DNA from: Harriotta raleighana
Lineage: Eukaryota
Length of the DNA stretch: 64,000 bases
Reading direction: 5' to 3'
Assembly (NCBI GenBank): GCA_050575255.1
Contig: JBNZDD010013732.1
Coordinates: 21,505,279-21,569,278, forward strand
Shown here: positions 45,276-58,270 of the stretch, piece by piece
How the letters are laid out: every line of letters starts with the position of its first letter
Position numbering within the stretch: position 1 is the stretch's first letter
Notes under the pieces: model-generated
Told to the model about the DNA's origin: nothing
Database searches by the model: none
Seen by the model: only the letters and a program-made list of their open reading frames with translations
Program-made: the position numbers and the translations under genes

Positions 45276-48209
45276 AAAATTTCATAGAAATTATAGAGCC
45301 TATAAATTATACTGGGGTATAACTTGTAATTTTTGTGAATGGTATTCCTCAAAAATTAATCTGTCTTGCATAAATGGGAACTCCTTTACAGTAACTGGAC
45401 GTCCGTCATACCAACCTGCTGGATCACTGCTTGGCGAAACTTGTAGAGAAGAGTGTGCGTGGGTTGACAGGAATTCTAAATACTTCTTATGAAGAAATCT
45501 CTTCAAATGCCCAATACTATTTGATACTGAGTTGTCGTCTTTCCAATACACCCGTCATAATAAAGTCACAATTGCCAACAGCTTGTGACTGAAGTCAGAA
45601 ACGATTCCCCACTACATTCGCAACCTTACATTCTACGTTTGTAACTTTTATGACTCTTTGCTTTTGGAAAGAAATACCTACATTTCTCCATTCGCCAGCA
45701 AAGCTGGGAAGCAATCAGCTTGCTCTCAAGCATCTGGTTTGATTGAAGCTGGTGGTAGGCAGGTGAAAAGGTGTCATGTTGACTGGCCATCCAATTCTTA
45801 TCCCTTTCTTAGCCAGGAATTGAAACTAATCTACTCAATTGTTCACAACCAACCGTCCCCTCAGAGTGCTGTCATTCTAAAGTTCTACATCAATTCATTC
45901 CCTCACTTACTTTATAGAACTCAGCAGTATTAAATATATATTTGCAAGTTTGAGAAAGCACATTGAAGGTGTATGCACCAATGGAATTCAGCACAAGAAC
46001 ACTTAACTTCACAAGTAGATCATAATTGAAAGGAGAGATGGAAAGAAAACAGTTTGCCACTAGAGTGCTAAAATGTTTCAGACAGTGTATTTCATACACA
46101 TGCATATTTCATGGTACATGCACAATGACTGCAGCATTGGAAAGGTGAGTTACAGTACTGACTTAGTGTTACTTCTATTTCTCCTTAAGTGATTTCAGCC
46201 ATAATCAGGTAACATAAAAACTGCTGTATGTCTTGTAATATTCTTGATTTATACGAACTGAAGATCTGATTCATAGTTTGCACATGGGAATCTCTACAGC
46301 TGGCACTAAAATGAGACCATTGCATCACCAAGTTCCCACTCTCATTTTGTCTCATCCGGACCTTTTTGTTTTGGCTTCCAACTTGATAATTTATTGCCGT
46401 TTTTTCTTGAGGTATTTCTCACATGTCTGCAACATCTGTGAAATATTTACATTCCAGCAAAAAATTAATTGCAAACCATTGGGAATGAAAACACAAATAA
46501 AACCTCCAACATCAGAAAACTGTTAGGCGCTTCATAATTAAAATCCCATTGGTACAGTGATAAGCAACCAATGTTAATCTCATCTCAGATCATGTGGATA
46601 CTTTAAAAAGAATCAAAGTATTATCTTCCTGAGTCCTCCAGAAAAGCAGGCTCTGTCCTGTTGACGGAGAAATTTGCTTTGTGTATTTCTTGGGGCAGGG
46701 TTGGGGAAGACAGGGTAGAGGACATAGGAATCATTTGAAACCAATATTCCACTTCCTTCAGTTTCACTAAGGGACAAACCTTCCAAGAAGAAGAGGGGGG
46801 AAATAGCACAAGTTCATGTTTAGATAATATTCTCCCTTACCCAGTGACAGGATACAACCTGATGGCTGGGAATCCTGTCAGCAGATTATTGCACAAGGCA
46901 CGTTTGGGAAGGAAGTGGATATTAAAATAAGGAATTAAGACCTACTGTAAACCATCTCCATAAATGATCCAATAGGTGTGGAGAGCAGTGAAGGGAGAGA
47001 GATAGATACAGTGAACAAGAGAACTGGGTTGTTTTTGCATGTGTCCAGCAGATGTCAAAGGGAGGTTGCAGAAAACATTCCATCCCTGTCTGTTTGCAAA
47101 TGGGTCATGTCCATTTGGTGTACATTTGGAATCGGACCACAATAAAATATTCGCACAAGATTGTTTTGGCTCTTTTAGTCAACATGTGAGGAAATTTCTC
47201 TGGAGAGGTAAACAGGCAAGGTGGTTTATATAACCGTGGAAAGTCTATATCTTGCCCAACAAGGCATCATTTCTAACCACTGCATTGCAATTTGATGCAA
47301 AGTGTGATGTGTGCAGTTCATAAGTGCACAATTGAACCTCATCAACAAGGCTGACCATGAATTCACAAACCACGGAAACCACCATTTAAGTTTCAAGTAG
47401 CTCAATAGCTTGTGTTAACGCTTGAAGACCACCTTGGCACCCATGGGTACATTCTTCTCATGATTTAAAAAAAAGTTTCTGAAAATATAATAGAAGCTTT
47501 GCTCATCAGTAGTAGTTCATTGCCTCCCAATAATGGCATTTATATACTGTATTCAAGGATTTTAATATAGGAAATGATACCTCTTGTGCCTTAAATAAAA
47601 GGCCGCCATACATAAAATAGATATCTTTAAGATGACACATTCAAAAATAATTGGGTTTTAGTCAGCAAAGGCTGAAAAAAACAAAAAACCTAACGTTTCA
47701 AAGATTTCAGATAAACAAATGAAAAATTACACTTTATTTGTCCTATTTTTGCAACTATTTTCCTCCCAGACCACAATTGCAATAATTTAACATAATTAAA
47801 GTTATAATATGCTATTATAAATATTATATATTATATTATAAACGTAGCACAATAAGGTAGTTACATTTTTTAAAAAGTTAATACATTAATTATAGCAAAA
47901 AAGGTATCCATGATATTTTTTATCAACCTTACTAGTTAATGAACTGAATTGTAGTTCATGAAGACTTCAGAGTGCAATATAGTTGAAGTGCAATTGTCGT
48001 TTTGTATTGGTAGCAAGAAAAATAGCAGATGCCCAGTAGTGTGCATAGGATGTGTGGATAAATAAGAACTTTATATTATTCATTGTGATTAGATTGAGGC
48101 AATTTGTTTCTAAACGCTGCCCCGTTTGCTAATTTTCTATTAAGAGCAAATAACTAAATCCAATGTTCTGTTTCTATGGTGCTCAGCAGCTCTTTAAGGC
48201 CAAATCCAA

Positions 48210-48545
48210 GTTAAGAACATAATAATTAGGAGCAGGAGTAGGCCATTCGGCCCTTCGAGCCTGCCCCACCATTCAAAAAGATCATGGATGATCTTCTGAC
48301 TTAACTCTAATTACCTGCTCTATCCCCATAACCCCTAATCCTTCTATTTAAAAAAAATCCAGCAGTATCAGCCTGGAAAATGTTCAAGGACTGAGCATCC
48401 ACAACCTACTGAGGTAGTGAATCCCATAAATTCACTACCCTTTGAATGAAGAAATGTTTCCTCAATTCTGTTCTAAAAGGCTGACCCCTGGTTATAGATT
48501 CTCCGACCAGGGGAAACAGTCCCGCAGTGTCTAAAACAGTCCCTC
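48210..48545 (-). mobile_element. CR1 LINE 3' end (shark HER1-like subfamily)
   Basis: TAAGAACATAA..AGGAGCAGGAGTAGGCCATTCGGCCCTTCGAGCCTG end; minus translation ..RKHFFIQRVVNLWDSLPQ.VVDAQSLNIF.. is the CR1 ORF2 end. Confidence 0.9.
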
Positions 48546-48559
48546 AGTGTCATTCTTCA

Positions 48560-48720
48560 TAAGGCTAGGCATTGAAGGCAGGCAGGCCATTTGTGGAGCA
48601 CATAATAATAATGGTTGGTCATCAAAGCTTTTCCCAGCAAGAGGTAATTGTTAGACCAGTGAGGATAATCAGAAAGAGGAATCTTCTTTTCCCTTCCCTG
48701 ACCCATAAACCATGAGGCTT
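48560..48720 (-). mobile_element. Ancient SINE internal fragment (probably the family at 63615-63955)
   Basis: GGCAGGCCATTTG...TTTCCCAGCAAGAGGT...TTTCCCTTCCCTGACCC, resembling 3712-3745. Confidence 0.4.
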
Positions 48721-51700
48721 ATATTTCAGAATCTCTCCCACTATAATCAACTAATTTTATCCCACAATCAAGCCTGGATCTATACATATTCAGATTTTTA
48801 TATCATGGTGCCACATTTTCACACTGAGCCTTTTATTTACATCTTCAGTGTAGGAAACAATATCTGAAACATGGAATTTAGCACAAACAAAATCCCAACA
48901 AACAAAAAGAAAGGTAAAATACACTTTTCTCTGCCTTCAAGTATTGTCTTTTGTTTCTCGAACCATTCAACAACAGAAAGGGTTTTGGTTAGATCATCTT
49001 TGATCTTTTATTGCGTCGAGGATAACAGTGAAGTTTTCTTGTATAGTACCACTTTTGTTCCAATGACCTCACATGTAACCAATGCATTGACCGCTTTCAA
49101 CACAACATGAATCACATTGCAGTGTTTCCCAACACGGATCGAAAGTCAAAGATGGATAAATAAACCGACACCATCTTCAAGCCTGCCGCCACCCTAATTT
49201 ATCAAACCCTTTTCTGTCAAAACTAACAAAGAATACTCCCAACATTCCGATGTGTAAAGCACTCTTTTTTCCACCAAAATTGCCCAGCTCAATCAGTAGT
49301 TCCATTTGCTAAGTGATTTACAGATAGCAGTAAGTTGAAATATTTTTTGATTGCTGCTCATTGTATTTCATAATTACAGAACCTTTCGTTGAGATGCTGC
49401 CATTCAGCATGCAAAAGCGCAGTTTACAGGATTCATAAATATTACTGTTCGCTACTGTCAAAATCCAAAATTTCATGCTTTGACCATATGCTACAAGTGA
49501 AAATAAAAATATTTTTTGTCAATGTAGCATTGCAACATTTCAGAAGAATATTTGTTTTAGAAGGTAAATAATAATTAACCAAAGATAATCATTAACATGA
49601 TGTGCCAACACTTTGCTAACCACATTTAGCAATTTTACTTGCCATTCGTGGTTCTTGCTCATTGCGACTCAAGACTCTTATTGGGATGCAACCTGCTCAT
49701 TATTCTAACAAAACAAGATGTATTTGGTTGCTTGATCTGAGCTAGGTGTCTGCAATCTAATTAATTGTTATTTACTGTTAATTAAAAACATTTTAATCAG
49801 GAAATGGAATTCATTGCTGTCCTCCACTCCTTGGCCACTCCTTCCCTGGTCTTCTCTGTGCCAGAACAGTCACGTTTCATTTGCAGCCATTCAAAGCTCA
49901 GCCCATCACAAGCCAGCTGCAGTCTATTACTGAACTGCCCTAATACAGCCATCATCACCAATTCAAAGCAGATAATAAAGAACTGACACATTTATTATCA
50001 TTATTAATTAACAGTTTTCAGAGATGGAATTAAATCAATATGCTACTCTGATATCATTTTAACTAGTTATGCAAATCAAACATTTAGAGCCCATGAACAG
50101 ATATAAATGCCATTCAGAATTCGGTTCTCACTTATTATTTTAATATCTGAGCTTTTGGAACATGGACCTAATGCTCATTTAATTACACTCTGGCAAAAGG
50201 AAAAGCAGCTTAGAAAATGAAAGTTGAAACAGCTGACTAGTTAGCAAGTAAAAGGAATAACATAGCAGCAAGGAGAGACGAGATAATAATGTGAAAAATT
50301 GTCTTTTACATAATGTTCTAGTACATTAACTTTCAAAAAACAAAGGCGCATTACCACATGGAGCAGGGTCTTTTTCCCCAACACCTAGTACCCGTAAAAG
50401 ATACCGTTAAAATTTTACAAAACAAATTACACGTGCAATTTTTCATTGCAAATAAGGAATAAACAAGCACAACAACGGCTTGGTAGAATTAATGGGGAAA
50501 TCCTGGTAAAAAATTTTTACCTTCATGACTCTAGGTAGATCATCATTAGCCCTGCTTTACTACGGAAGTAGCAATATGATCCTCTCCTGACAAGAAATAC
50601 CAGTGTAATTTATTGCATTATTACTCCTCTGAACTGAAAGCAATTAATTACCTACACCAGGATGCTGGAGTGAAAATTCATCAGAGAAAAGGCATGAAAA
50701 ATGTACTCGGTGAGTAAAAATAATAGGTATTTAACGGCCTTTGCCTGCCGTCTAATCTGAAGCATCCAATAAACAATTGCAGGGTGTCCATCCACTAGGC
50801 AATTTACTTTAGATATGGGATCAGCATAACCAAAATAAATTCATCAAGAGGGCAAATTAATTGACTAATCTGCTTTTAACTGCAAAACAGTGGGGCAACG
50901 CAATTGTCAAGTAAAGTATCTTCCAGTCGCTTAATAAATCTGCCGTCATGCATATTAAACTCAGAAACACAGCTTAATTCATTGCATTTATTTGCGTGTT
51001 ATAGAATTAGTGACATCTGTATGATTCAGTAATTGTTGTTTCTGTGAAGTTATTGAAGTAATTTTGTTGTGTATAATAATCCCGATCAATTTCTCCTCTC
51101 AAGGGCACAGTGGAGAAGTGATATTTGAAAACAGCCTCTGATAGATTGTAGAGTTAGACAAGGCTGCGACAACAACCTAATACCCGCACAAATTAGTTCA
51201 AGGTGTCAGTGATAGTTTTATACAACCACGTAAATTACATTGTCAGAATCAGTCGACTTATTTTCTTGCTGTGTAGCTAATAAGAAGCTATCTCGGCCTG
51301 ATTTGCATCTACCCCCACTTTTTTTGGTTACCTGCTTTCAAAGCTAATTTCAATGCCCAGTTTGTTGGGAGGGAGGGGGATAGAGCTCCAAGGAAACAAA
51401 TTCTAATAGTAAGGGCTTCATCTCATTCTTTAAGCTGGGGAAAGACAGCATCTTATTGTTAGAACAGATGGAATTGCTTTGAAAAAGCACCCTCTTTTCC
51501 CCCAAATAAAAGCATGTACAAAATGTGACAAACTCACATCACCCAGTTGAATAATGTTAGTTTTTACAGCATGCAAACAATAAAAGCCAATGCTAGACCT
51601 TCAAAGCTGTCGCTTTTAATGATGAAAAGCTGGAATGTAAATTAAAAAGAGACAGCGAAGGCTTTTTTTTTTAAAAAAAGCAAATGCCAAACACATACAC

Positions 51701-51847
51701 ACAGAATGGTACTCTTCAATTTAAAAAAATGTACCAATTTTACACCATGCTCAATCTTAACAATACAGTAATCATAATGCTAGTTTTAATACAAATATGT
51801 TATATCTCCAATTGATTAGTTCAGAATAGAAAACTTCATATATTTAT

Positions 51848-51873
51848 ACACACACACACACATATATATATAT
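51848..51873. repeat. Compound (CA)n(TA)n microsatellite
   Basis: Directly visible. Confidence 0.85.
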
Positions 51874-53058
51874 AGAAAATATATCAACATGCATGAGTTA
51901 CAAAGACTTATTAGACCGTTAAGGCCGCTAAAATCAAATGTCCTTCCTTTACTGGCATTTTCTTAATACCATTTCAGTAAATCAATATCACTGACATTAT
52001 ACATTTGGAGGCAGTACATCTTAATAATTAAAATTTTAACAATGTTAGTGCAGTCAATAATTTTGAATTGCTAGGCATACTAATGCAATTTTTTGTTTTT
52101 TTAAAAATAAAAGTCCAGAATAAGCTTGGTATAATTTGCAGGCACAATGAGTCTTCAGAATCATGTTCTTTTAGTGTAAATGTCACAATGAGTTTAAGTG
52201 TGTGCATGCGACTCCTGTAGCCAACATAGTGCCATATATCTTTATTAGTTTCATTGGTCAATGCAGTGACCAGTTGTTTATTCTCATTACACGAGACGAG
52301 ATGTACGATTTGGAACAGATTGCATTCACAACTAAAAATGCATGACTTTGCAACAAAACTGAAAAGGGCTCCCATCGACATGGCAAAGGGTTGAAAAACT
52401 GATGGGAAAGACTGCAAAACATTTCATTCCAAGAAAATATATTTTAGGAACAGGTCAGGAAGGCAGGGGCTATGGGGGTTCAGAGAGAGAGAAAATAAAG
52501 AGGAAAAAAAATCTATAAATGAATAAAGAGGAGACAAGGAGCCCAAATTTAAATGGATATAAGGACTGATCACTTGCACATTAATAAAAATACATAAATG
52601 TATTTTAAAAAGTCTACACTTGTTATTAAAAGGAGAAAGTAAGCAAGGCGAGCAGCACTGGGCCTTTTGGATTGGGACTCAATGTAAAGGCTGGCTTTTT
52701 GATGGCACTGCTCAGACGAGGCAACCCTGAAAACGCTAATAGCCATGATTAATGAGAACAGGCTAGAGGAGAGCTGGGACACAGCCGGCACATATATCAT
52801 TCCTTCCTATCAGCCTCTCCTACTCCCTGCCCCTTTCCGCAACCAGCAAGGCACCGAGGTACTTTAAAATAAAAAGAAAGGGGACGATTTATTCCGGCCA
52901 CTCGATACTGACATGCATGTCTGTGTGTATGTGTGTATGTGTAAAAAAAATTATACAAAATGTGATGAGAGTGGTCAAAGAAGAAAAAAAAACAAATTGC
53001 AAGATAATTGACTGACATTCAAGGGAATATGCACAGGCTGTAATCATTCAAGTTTTCA

Positions 53059-53190
53059 NNNNNNNNNNNNNNNNNNNNNNNNNNNNNNNNNNNNNNNNNN
53101 NNNNNNNNNNNNNNNNNNNNNNNNNNNNNNNNNNNNNNNNNNNNNNNNNNNNNNNNNNNNNNNNNNNNNNNNNNNNNNNNNNNNNNNNNN
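53059..53190. other. N block (132 nt)
   Basis: Run of n. Confidence 0.99.
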
Positions 53191-53882
53191 TACGGTGTCA
53201 ATAACGAAGCTCCGAACACTTTAATGAAAACTGTAAGCACCAAAGGGTAACCATTTATTTATGAGTAGCTATAATATTACTGGTGCAAAATTTATCTTCC
53301 CTTCTCACGCACACTGCTGAAACCAAATCTGGTCAAAGAGAAGGAAGAACATATCCATATGTCAGCTAAAATGTAACATATCCTCCCCTCCTGTTGAAGT
53401 GAAGCATTCTGGTTACTTAGGCCAGATTACAATATTTAGAACTCGCACAGAAACCAGCAGGAGTCACCTATCAAGTCATTAAATAAACCTTCGGCACCTT
53501 CCTCATTTCCTTATATAAAAAAAACCTTTGATTTTAATGAATTGTACCAGCTGCTCTCGGATTTATAGACACTCAACTCTAAATGGACCATCACATTAGT
53601 TTTCTGAAAAAGTACAATTTATTAAATAATCAGAAACATTACAGTGACTTGCTGAATGCCTCTCCAAGCTCATTACATGCTTAGTGCAAATATGGTGTAC
53701 AATTTCCCATACCCTCCAATGCCTCATGAGTTTATTCATTGAGGAGCTAAGGCAAGCAGACCAGAAATGGAACACATTTGGCTCACCACCGTATGTGGTG
53801 AAATTCTCAGCTGGATATGAATTGGATTTCATACAACATGCTCAGTGCACCAAACAAAAAATAGGTGGGTAGCTAAAGTGAT

Positions 53883-54032
53883 GATAGCACCTCTGACAAT
53901 ACAGTATACCGTAACACTACAATGACGTATAATCCTAGACAGTACAGATGTGAGGCTTCATCCCACATCCTTCTGATTCAAAGCTGACCAGCATGAAGGC
54001 TGCTTTATAAATGCAAGTTGTTGTTGTTGTTA
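53883..54032. mobile_element. Old Deu-SINE 5' fragment (minus) abutting a plus-strand L2 tail
   Basis: GATAGCACCTCTGACAATACAG...CCCACATCCTTCTGATTCA, then TGAAGGCTGCTTTATAAATGCAAG(TTG)n. Confidence 0.55.
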
Positions 54033-55784
54033 TCAACAGGCTGACACAAAATGTTACAAGTCACTTGTAGCATTTTGTATTACTGTAGACAACCATTTCT
54101 ATCCCAGTGGTGACCATCAAAAGAAATGTCGGTTACGCTTGGTAGGTTGGTAGAATTTTAGGACAAAATTGTCTCCTATTATTTAAGAAGAGAATGGCAG
54201 ATTTTACCCTTGGGTTGCTACTCACAGAAACAGATCTATGGAAGCATTAATTTCCATTGGAACTTTAGGGAACCAGTGACACTGTTATCTGACATATACA
54301 AAAATGGAAAAGCAAGTTAAATGTAGCCCATAAAATGATCTTTCACCTTGTTCGGCCTGCAATTGGTGTCCACTCCAAGTCATCTTAGTGACGTTCAGCT
54401 TCTGTCACCCCTGTCAATGAAGTATCCCATTCCTGACCCTTTTTTCACACTCTCTCTCTCGAGAACTATGAGAACAGGTTTATGGATGAAATTTACTAGA
54501 AGAGGCCCCTGTCACAGCAATTTAATATGTCTATTTTACTGCCAGTGATAAGCAAACATTTTTCAGCAATTTGATTTGACAATTGCACATTTTATTAGAG
54601 TTGTCCACAAGAAATAGTCACCTCATTGTTGATGAGATTTGGACCCAACCTCATCGTTTGCTTTGAGATTCAGAATCACCTCAAAAACAGACTCCTGGGG
54701 CGTAAATACACACTTCAATCACTGCCTTCCAAAGAGGATCTGTAATTTCTGCTGCAACTGATGACATCATGACAGTGAGCCACATTTCATGTACTTGCTC
54801 TCAGTTATGCCCTTGTATTCAAAAGCCTCTGTAACAGACTGTTGCAGTAGTAGTGTTACAACCAGAATTTTAATGAGGTTCGATGGCACTCAATTTTTTT
54901 TGATGTAGTGAGGCAATGGGTAATATAACACTGAAAGGATGGGGGGATGGGGGGGAGAAATGAAATTTTTTGAAGGCACCCATTTCAGGGAGTACAATGA
55001 AATTCATTTAAGTGATGTACTGTAGTCATTTTTCCCCTAGATTTACTTCTGTTCAATTCTGTAGCTGGTTTATGAAGACAAACATTGCATGTATAAAAAC
55101 TAAAGACGCCATTCTTTTTCCCCAGAGATGAAACACAATGCTTTTCTTGCAAACTTAGTGGAAAAAGACAAGTTGGAATGGAATGTTAAATTTCAACCAT
55201 TGCTAACACGAGACTCATAATTACATTTTTCTCTTTGCTGAACTGCCCATTTTTTTTAAAAAAAGAAAACAGCTGACAGGCACTCCACTTTAATTACAAT
55301 CACATCAAGAGCAAAAGGGATCTTTTCTAAATAAAGCGTGCATGAATAAGTCAGACTCTTGAAGGATACGAAATGCATCGTAGCACAACAGTAAAGGTGC
55401 AAGTCCATTGCTTGTTCATTAACAGGAACTCAGCCATGCTATCAGAGTGAGTAAACTAATTGGTCTTTCACACAAGCTAAAGGAAGGGATGCACCCATCA
55501 GCCCAGATAGCATCCATGGGTTAAAAAAAATCCGTTACTGAACAGCATTAAGTTACATAAAGATCTGAATCAAAATTGTTACCACATAACCGGCATACAG
55601 CACCTGTTGTATCCAATACCACTGACTCACTATTTAGTGCAGCAAATATATTAGTTACGCTTGCACCAGCTTTAGGTAAGTGATATTTTACTTGTGCAAT
55701 ATTCTATTTTCACTGGGCTATGCTGTTAGATATTAATTAAGTGCACTGTCCTGCAATCTCCTTGACCTGTTATCAAAACTATCC

Positions 55785-55996
55785 GAGACTGGAGTTCAAG
55801 GTATTTTTTCTTACACTCCCTCTCTCTAATCTCTCCAACTTGCCTCTTCTTTGCCTGTGGATCACATCCGAAGACCTTCCTCTTTGAGTATGCCTTCAGT
55901 CACCTCCCATCTCTCCCCAGCTCAGTGTCAAGCTCCGCCATCGTTAAATTCTCTGAGCGAAGGGCGCTATATAAAATTGAATTGTCGTTGTTGTTC
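55785..55996 (+). mobile_element. Diverged L2 3' end
   Basis: AAGACCTTCCTCTTTG (KTFLF), GCCTTCAGTCACCTCCC and tail GAAGGGCGCTATATAAA..(TGT)n. Confidence 0.7.
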
Positions 55997-56390
55997 TCTC
56001 TGTATTTCTCTTCTGGCAGAAATATACTGCATAGAGAAATGGTTGCGTTAAAGAGTCAAATCCAGTGGACCCTGCTTCACAGATCGGAAATATTATGGTA
56101 CATTCTCTAATTTGACATCCAATTCCATCAAGCTAAAACAAAACAGAGTATGGGAATAGCATCTTCACATTGGTCCAGAAAATTAACTATCTCCTGAGAT
56201 GGCAATGAAGCACAATAGTGATCTGATCAGCCTGCAGCTAGAGTACTACATACACACTGTTCTGGTTTGGTTACTGCAACATAAGGGGGCTAACCCACAC
56301 CCTAGAAGCAAATCAGAGAGGAGCAATGTGGTTGATACCCAGAGTTAGAAGAACGAGACAAGTGATGAGACAAGCTAGGAATCTTCAGTG

Positions 56391-56728
56391 TTAATAATAA
56401 TAATAATCCTTGCATTTGATATAGTGCTTTTCACGTCTTTTAGATGTCTCAAAGTGATTCACAGAATATACTATAAAATGAATTAACTGTTTTTCCATCA
56501 TAGAATGTAGTTTAAATATCTGAATATGTGGGTGAATCGCAACAGCCAATTGTGCAGAGCAACAGTCATGGATTGAAATGACCAATTTATTACTGTTTTT
56601 TTGTTTCAAGGGATTATTATCAGGAATGTGGAGGAAGAAAACTTGTCCAAGATTTTGCCCTGCCTGGAATCACACCCAGGTCTCTCGCTTGTAAGGGGAG
56701 TGCTTTAACCATTGAGTTACAGGACTTC
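56391..56728 (-). mobile_element. Full-length young tRNA-derived SINE with small internal indels
   Basis: Collinear with 1-343 from (TAA)n to the tRNA head. Confidence 0.9.
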
Positions 56729-57388
56729 ACAAAAAGAAATTGTATCAGAGGTACATAAAATTTGAAACCCATAAACAATACTTAACCAAGACTCATTTGA
56801 AAAACACAGCTTCATGCTGTAATGGGAAGACAATAGGGTGAATGTTCTGGAAGTATGAGATCAGATGGGTCAAATCTTCATCCAATCTTGCAATCTTGTG
56901 AGTATTTGATGCTACTGCATAGGTTACAAAGTATAGCAGTCTATTGCCAACACTATTTTATTCTATTCAACAACCATAAAATGAAACTGCGTTCTTGAAA
57001 CTATTTTATTTAACTGAGAGCATTCAAAGAACCTCTTTTAAAAACCAAATGTAGTATACAGAAATCCTACAAATTTAACACTGACTTGCAGGATCGGAGT
57101 TCCAATTTACCCAGAGAATAATGTTAGCAGACAAGGGAACAGATATTACGAGAAGAAGTTAAAAAAAAGTATATGACACTGAACAGCCGAAAATATTTCT
57201 TGGCCTTTTCTGAAAATTGAAACTAAAGTTAAAATAAATATTTCGGAAACTTTTAAGCAATCATTTCGCCTGTGGCTATAGATATAATGGGGAGTGTGCT
57301 AACTTAGCCACTGGTTTATCTGTACATCAGCACTAGAGCTTACCAGTATAACTCTCATTTCCAGTCACTATTTATTTCATAGATACTA

Positions 57389-58270
57389 CAGTAGAACCCC
57401 ATTTATCCGTGTAAATAATCGAATAATCGGAAAACCCATTCAACTGCCATCTCAAAAAAAAGTTCCGTTCCAATTAACCAGAAGTTATCCGGAGAGGCAT
57501 TTAATGTCGGATCTAAACTCATTCCGGGTCCTTTTAAAAGTTACATTTTTTTTAACCTCGTTCAGATGTGCCTGTTGTTGGGAAATACTGTATACATAAT
57601 AAATACTGCTGCAGGTAGCGGCCAGCGAGAGAAAGGGAGCGGAGGTGGAACAGAGAGGGGCGGTGGAGTGGGGGGGTAAAGAGAGAGAGAGAGGGAGTGG
57701 GGGGGATGGAGAGACAGAGAAAGAGAGAGTGGGGCGGAATGAGAGAAGGGGGAAAGGGAGAGAGTGAGAGATAGGGGAAAGCATAATGGATTGAGAGAGA
57801 GAAATGGCAGGCAGGTTGATGCAGAGAGAGAGAGAGGGAGGGAGAGACACGAAAGGGACGGGGGATGGGGAGAGTGAGGATTGTGGACACAATTTATATG
57901 ATGGATTCAGACTGAATATCTTTGAGGGTCTGTGTCTGTCTGTGTGTATGTCTGTCTGTGTGTCTATGTGTGTGTGTGTCTGTACTTGTGGTGGCGTTAA
58001 GTCTAAACTCATTGCTTTTTAAAGTTGCATTTTTTTCCTCCAGTCGAATCAGTGCTGCAATAGCGAAGTTAAGTATAAATAATAATGCACTAATGGAATA
58101 TTCTGTTATTACTTAGTCCATTATTAATATGCTATGTGTTAAAATAATTTGTAATTTTTAAAAAAAAATTACATTTACATTTTTTAAATATATAAATCCG
58201 TTCAACCGGAAAAACGGTTTAACCGCCACTGGCCAGGTCCCGTGGGTGCTGGATAAACGGGATTCTACTG
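57389..58270. mobile_element. Non-autonomous Tc1/mariner-superfamily (Tigger/pogo-like) DNA transposon, 882 bp
   Basis: Left end CAGTAGAACCCCATTTATCC vs reverse complement of right end CAGTAGAATCCCGTTTATCC (18/20); TA at 57387-57388 and 58271-58272; no transposase ORF. Confidence 0.9.
57625..57982. repeat. GA-rich low-complexity tract and (TG/TC) microsatellite inside the DNA transposon
   Basis: Purine-rich run about 57625-57880 and TGTC/TG repeats at 57930-57982. Confidence 0.85.

Larger units (their letters stand above)
48750..53870. promoter_or_regulatory. Second repeat-poor block, candidate conserved non-coding element cluster
   Basis: About 5 kb with no recognisable SINE/LINE; dense TAATTA sites, octamer ATGCAAAT at 50069, TGATAGATTG at 51139, TGATTAATGA at 52746. 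Confidence 0.4.

Noticed and set aside
57485-58012. 175-aa Ser/Pro/Leu-rich ORF as a transposase or gene
   Set aside because: Translation of the GA-rich and TG microsatellite tracts; no HTH or DDE/D motifs.
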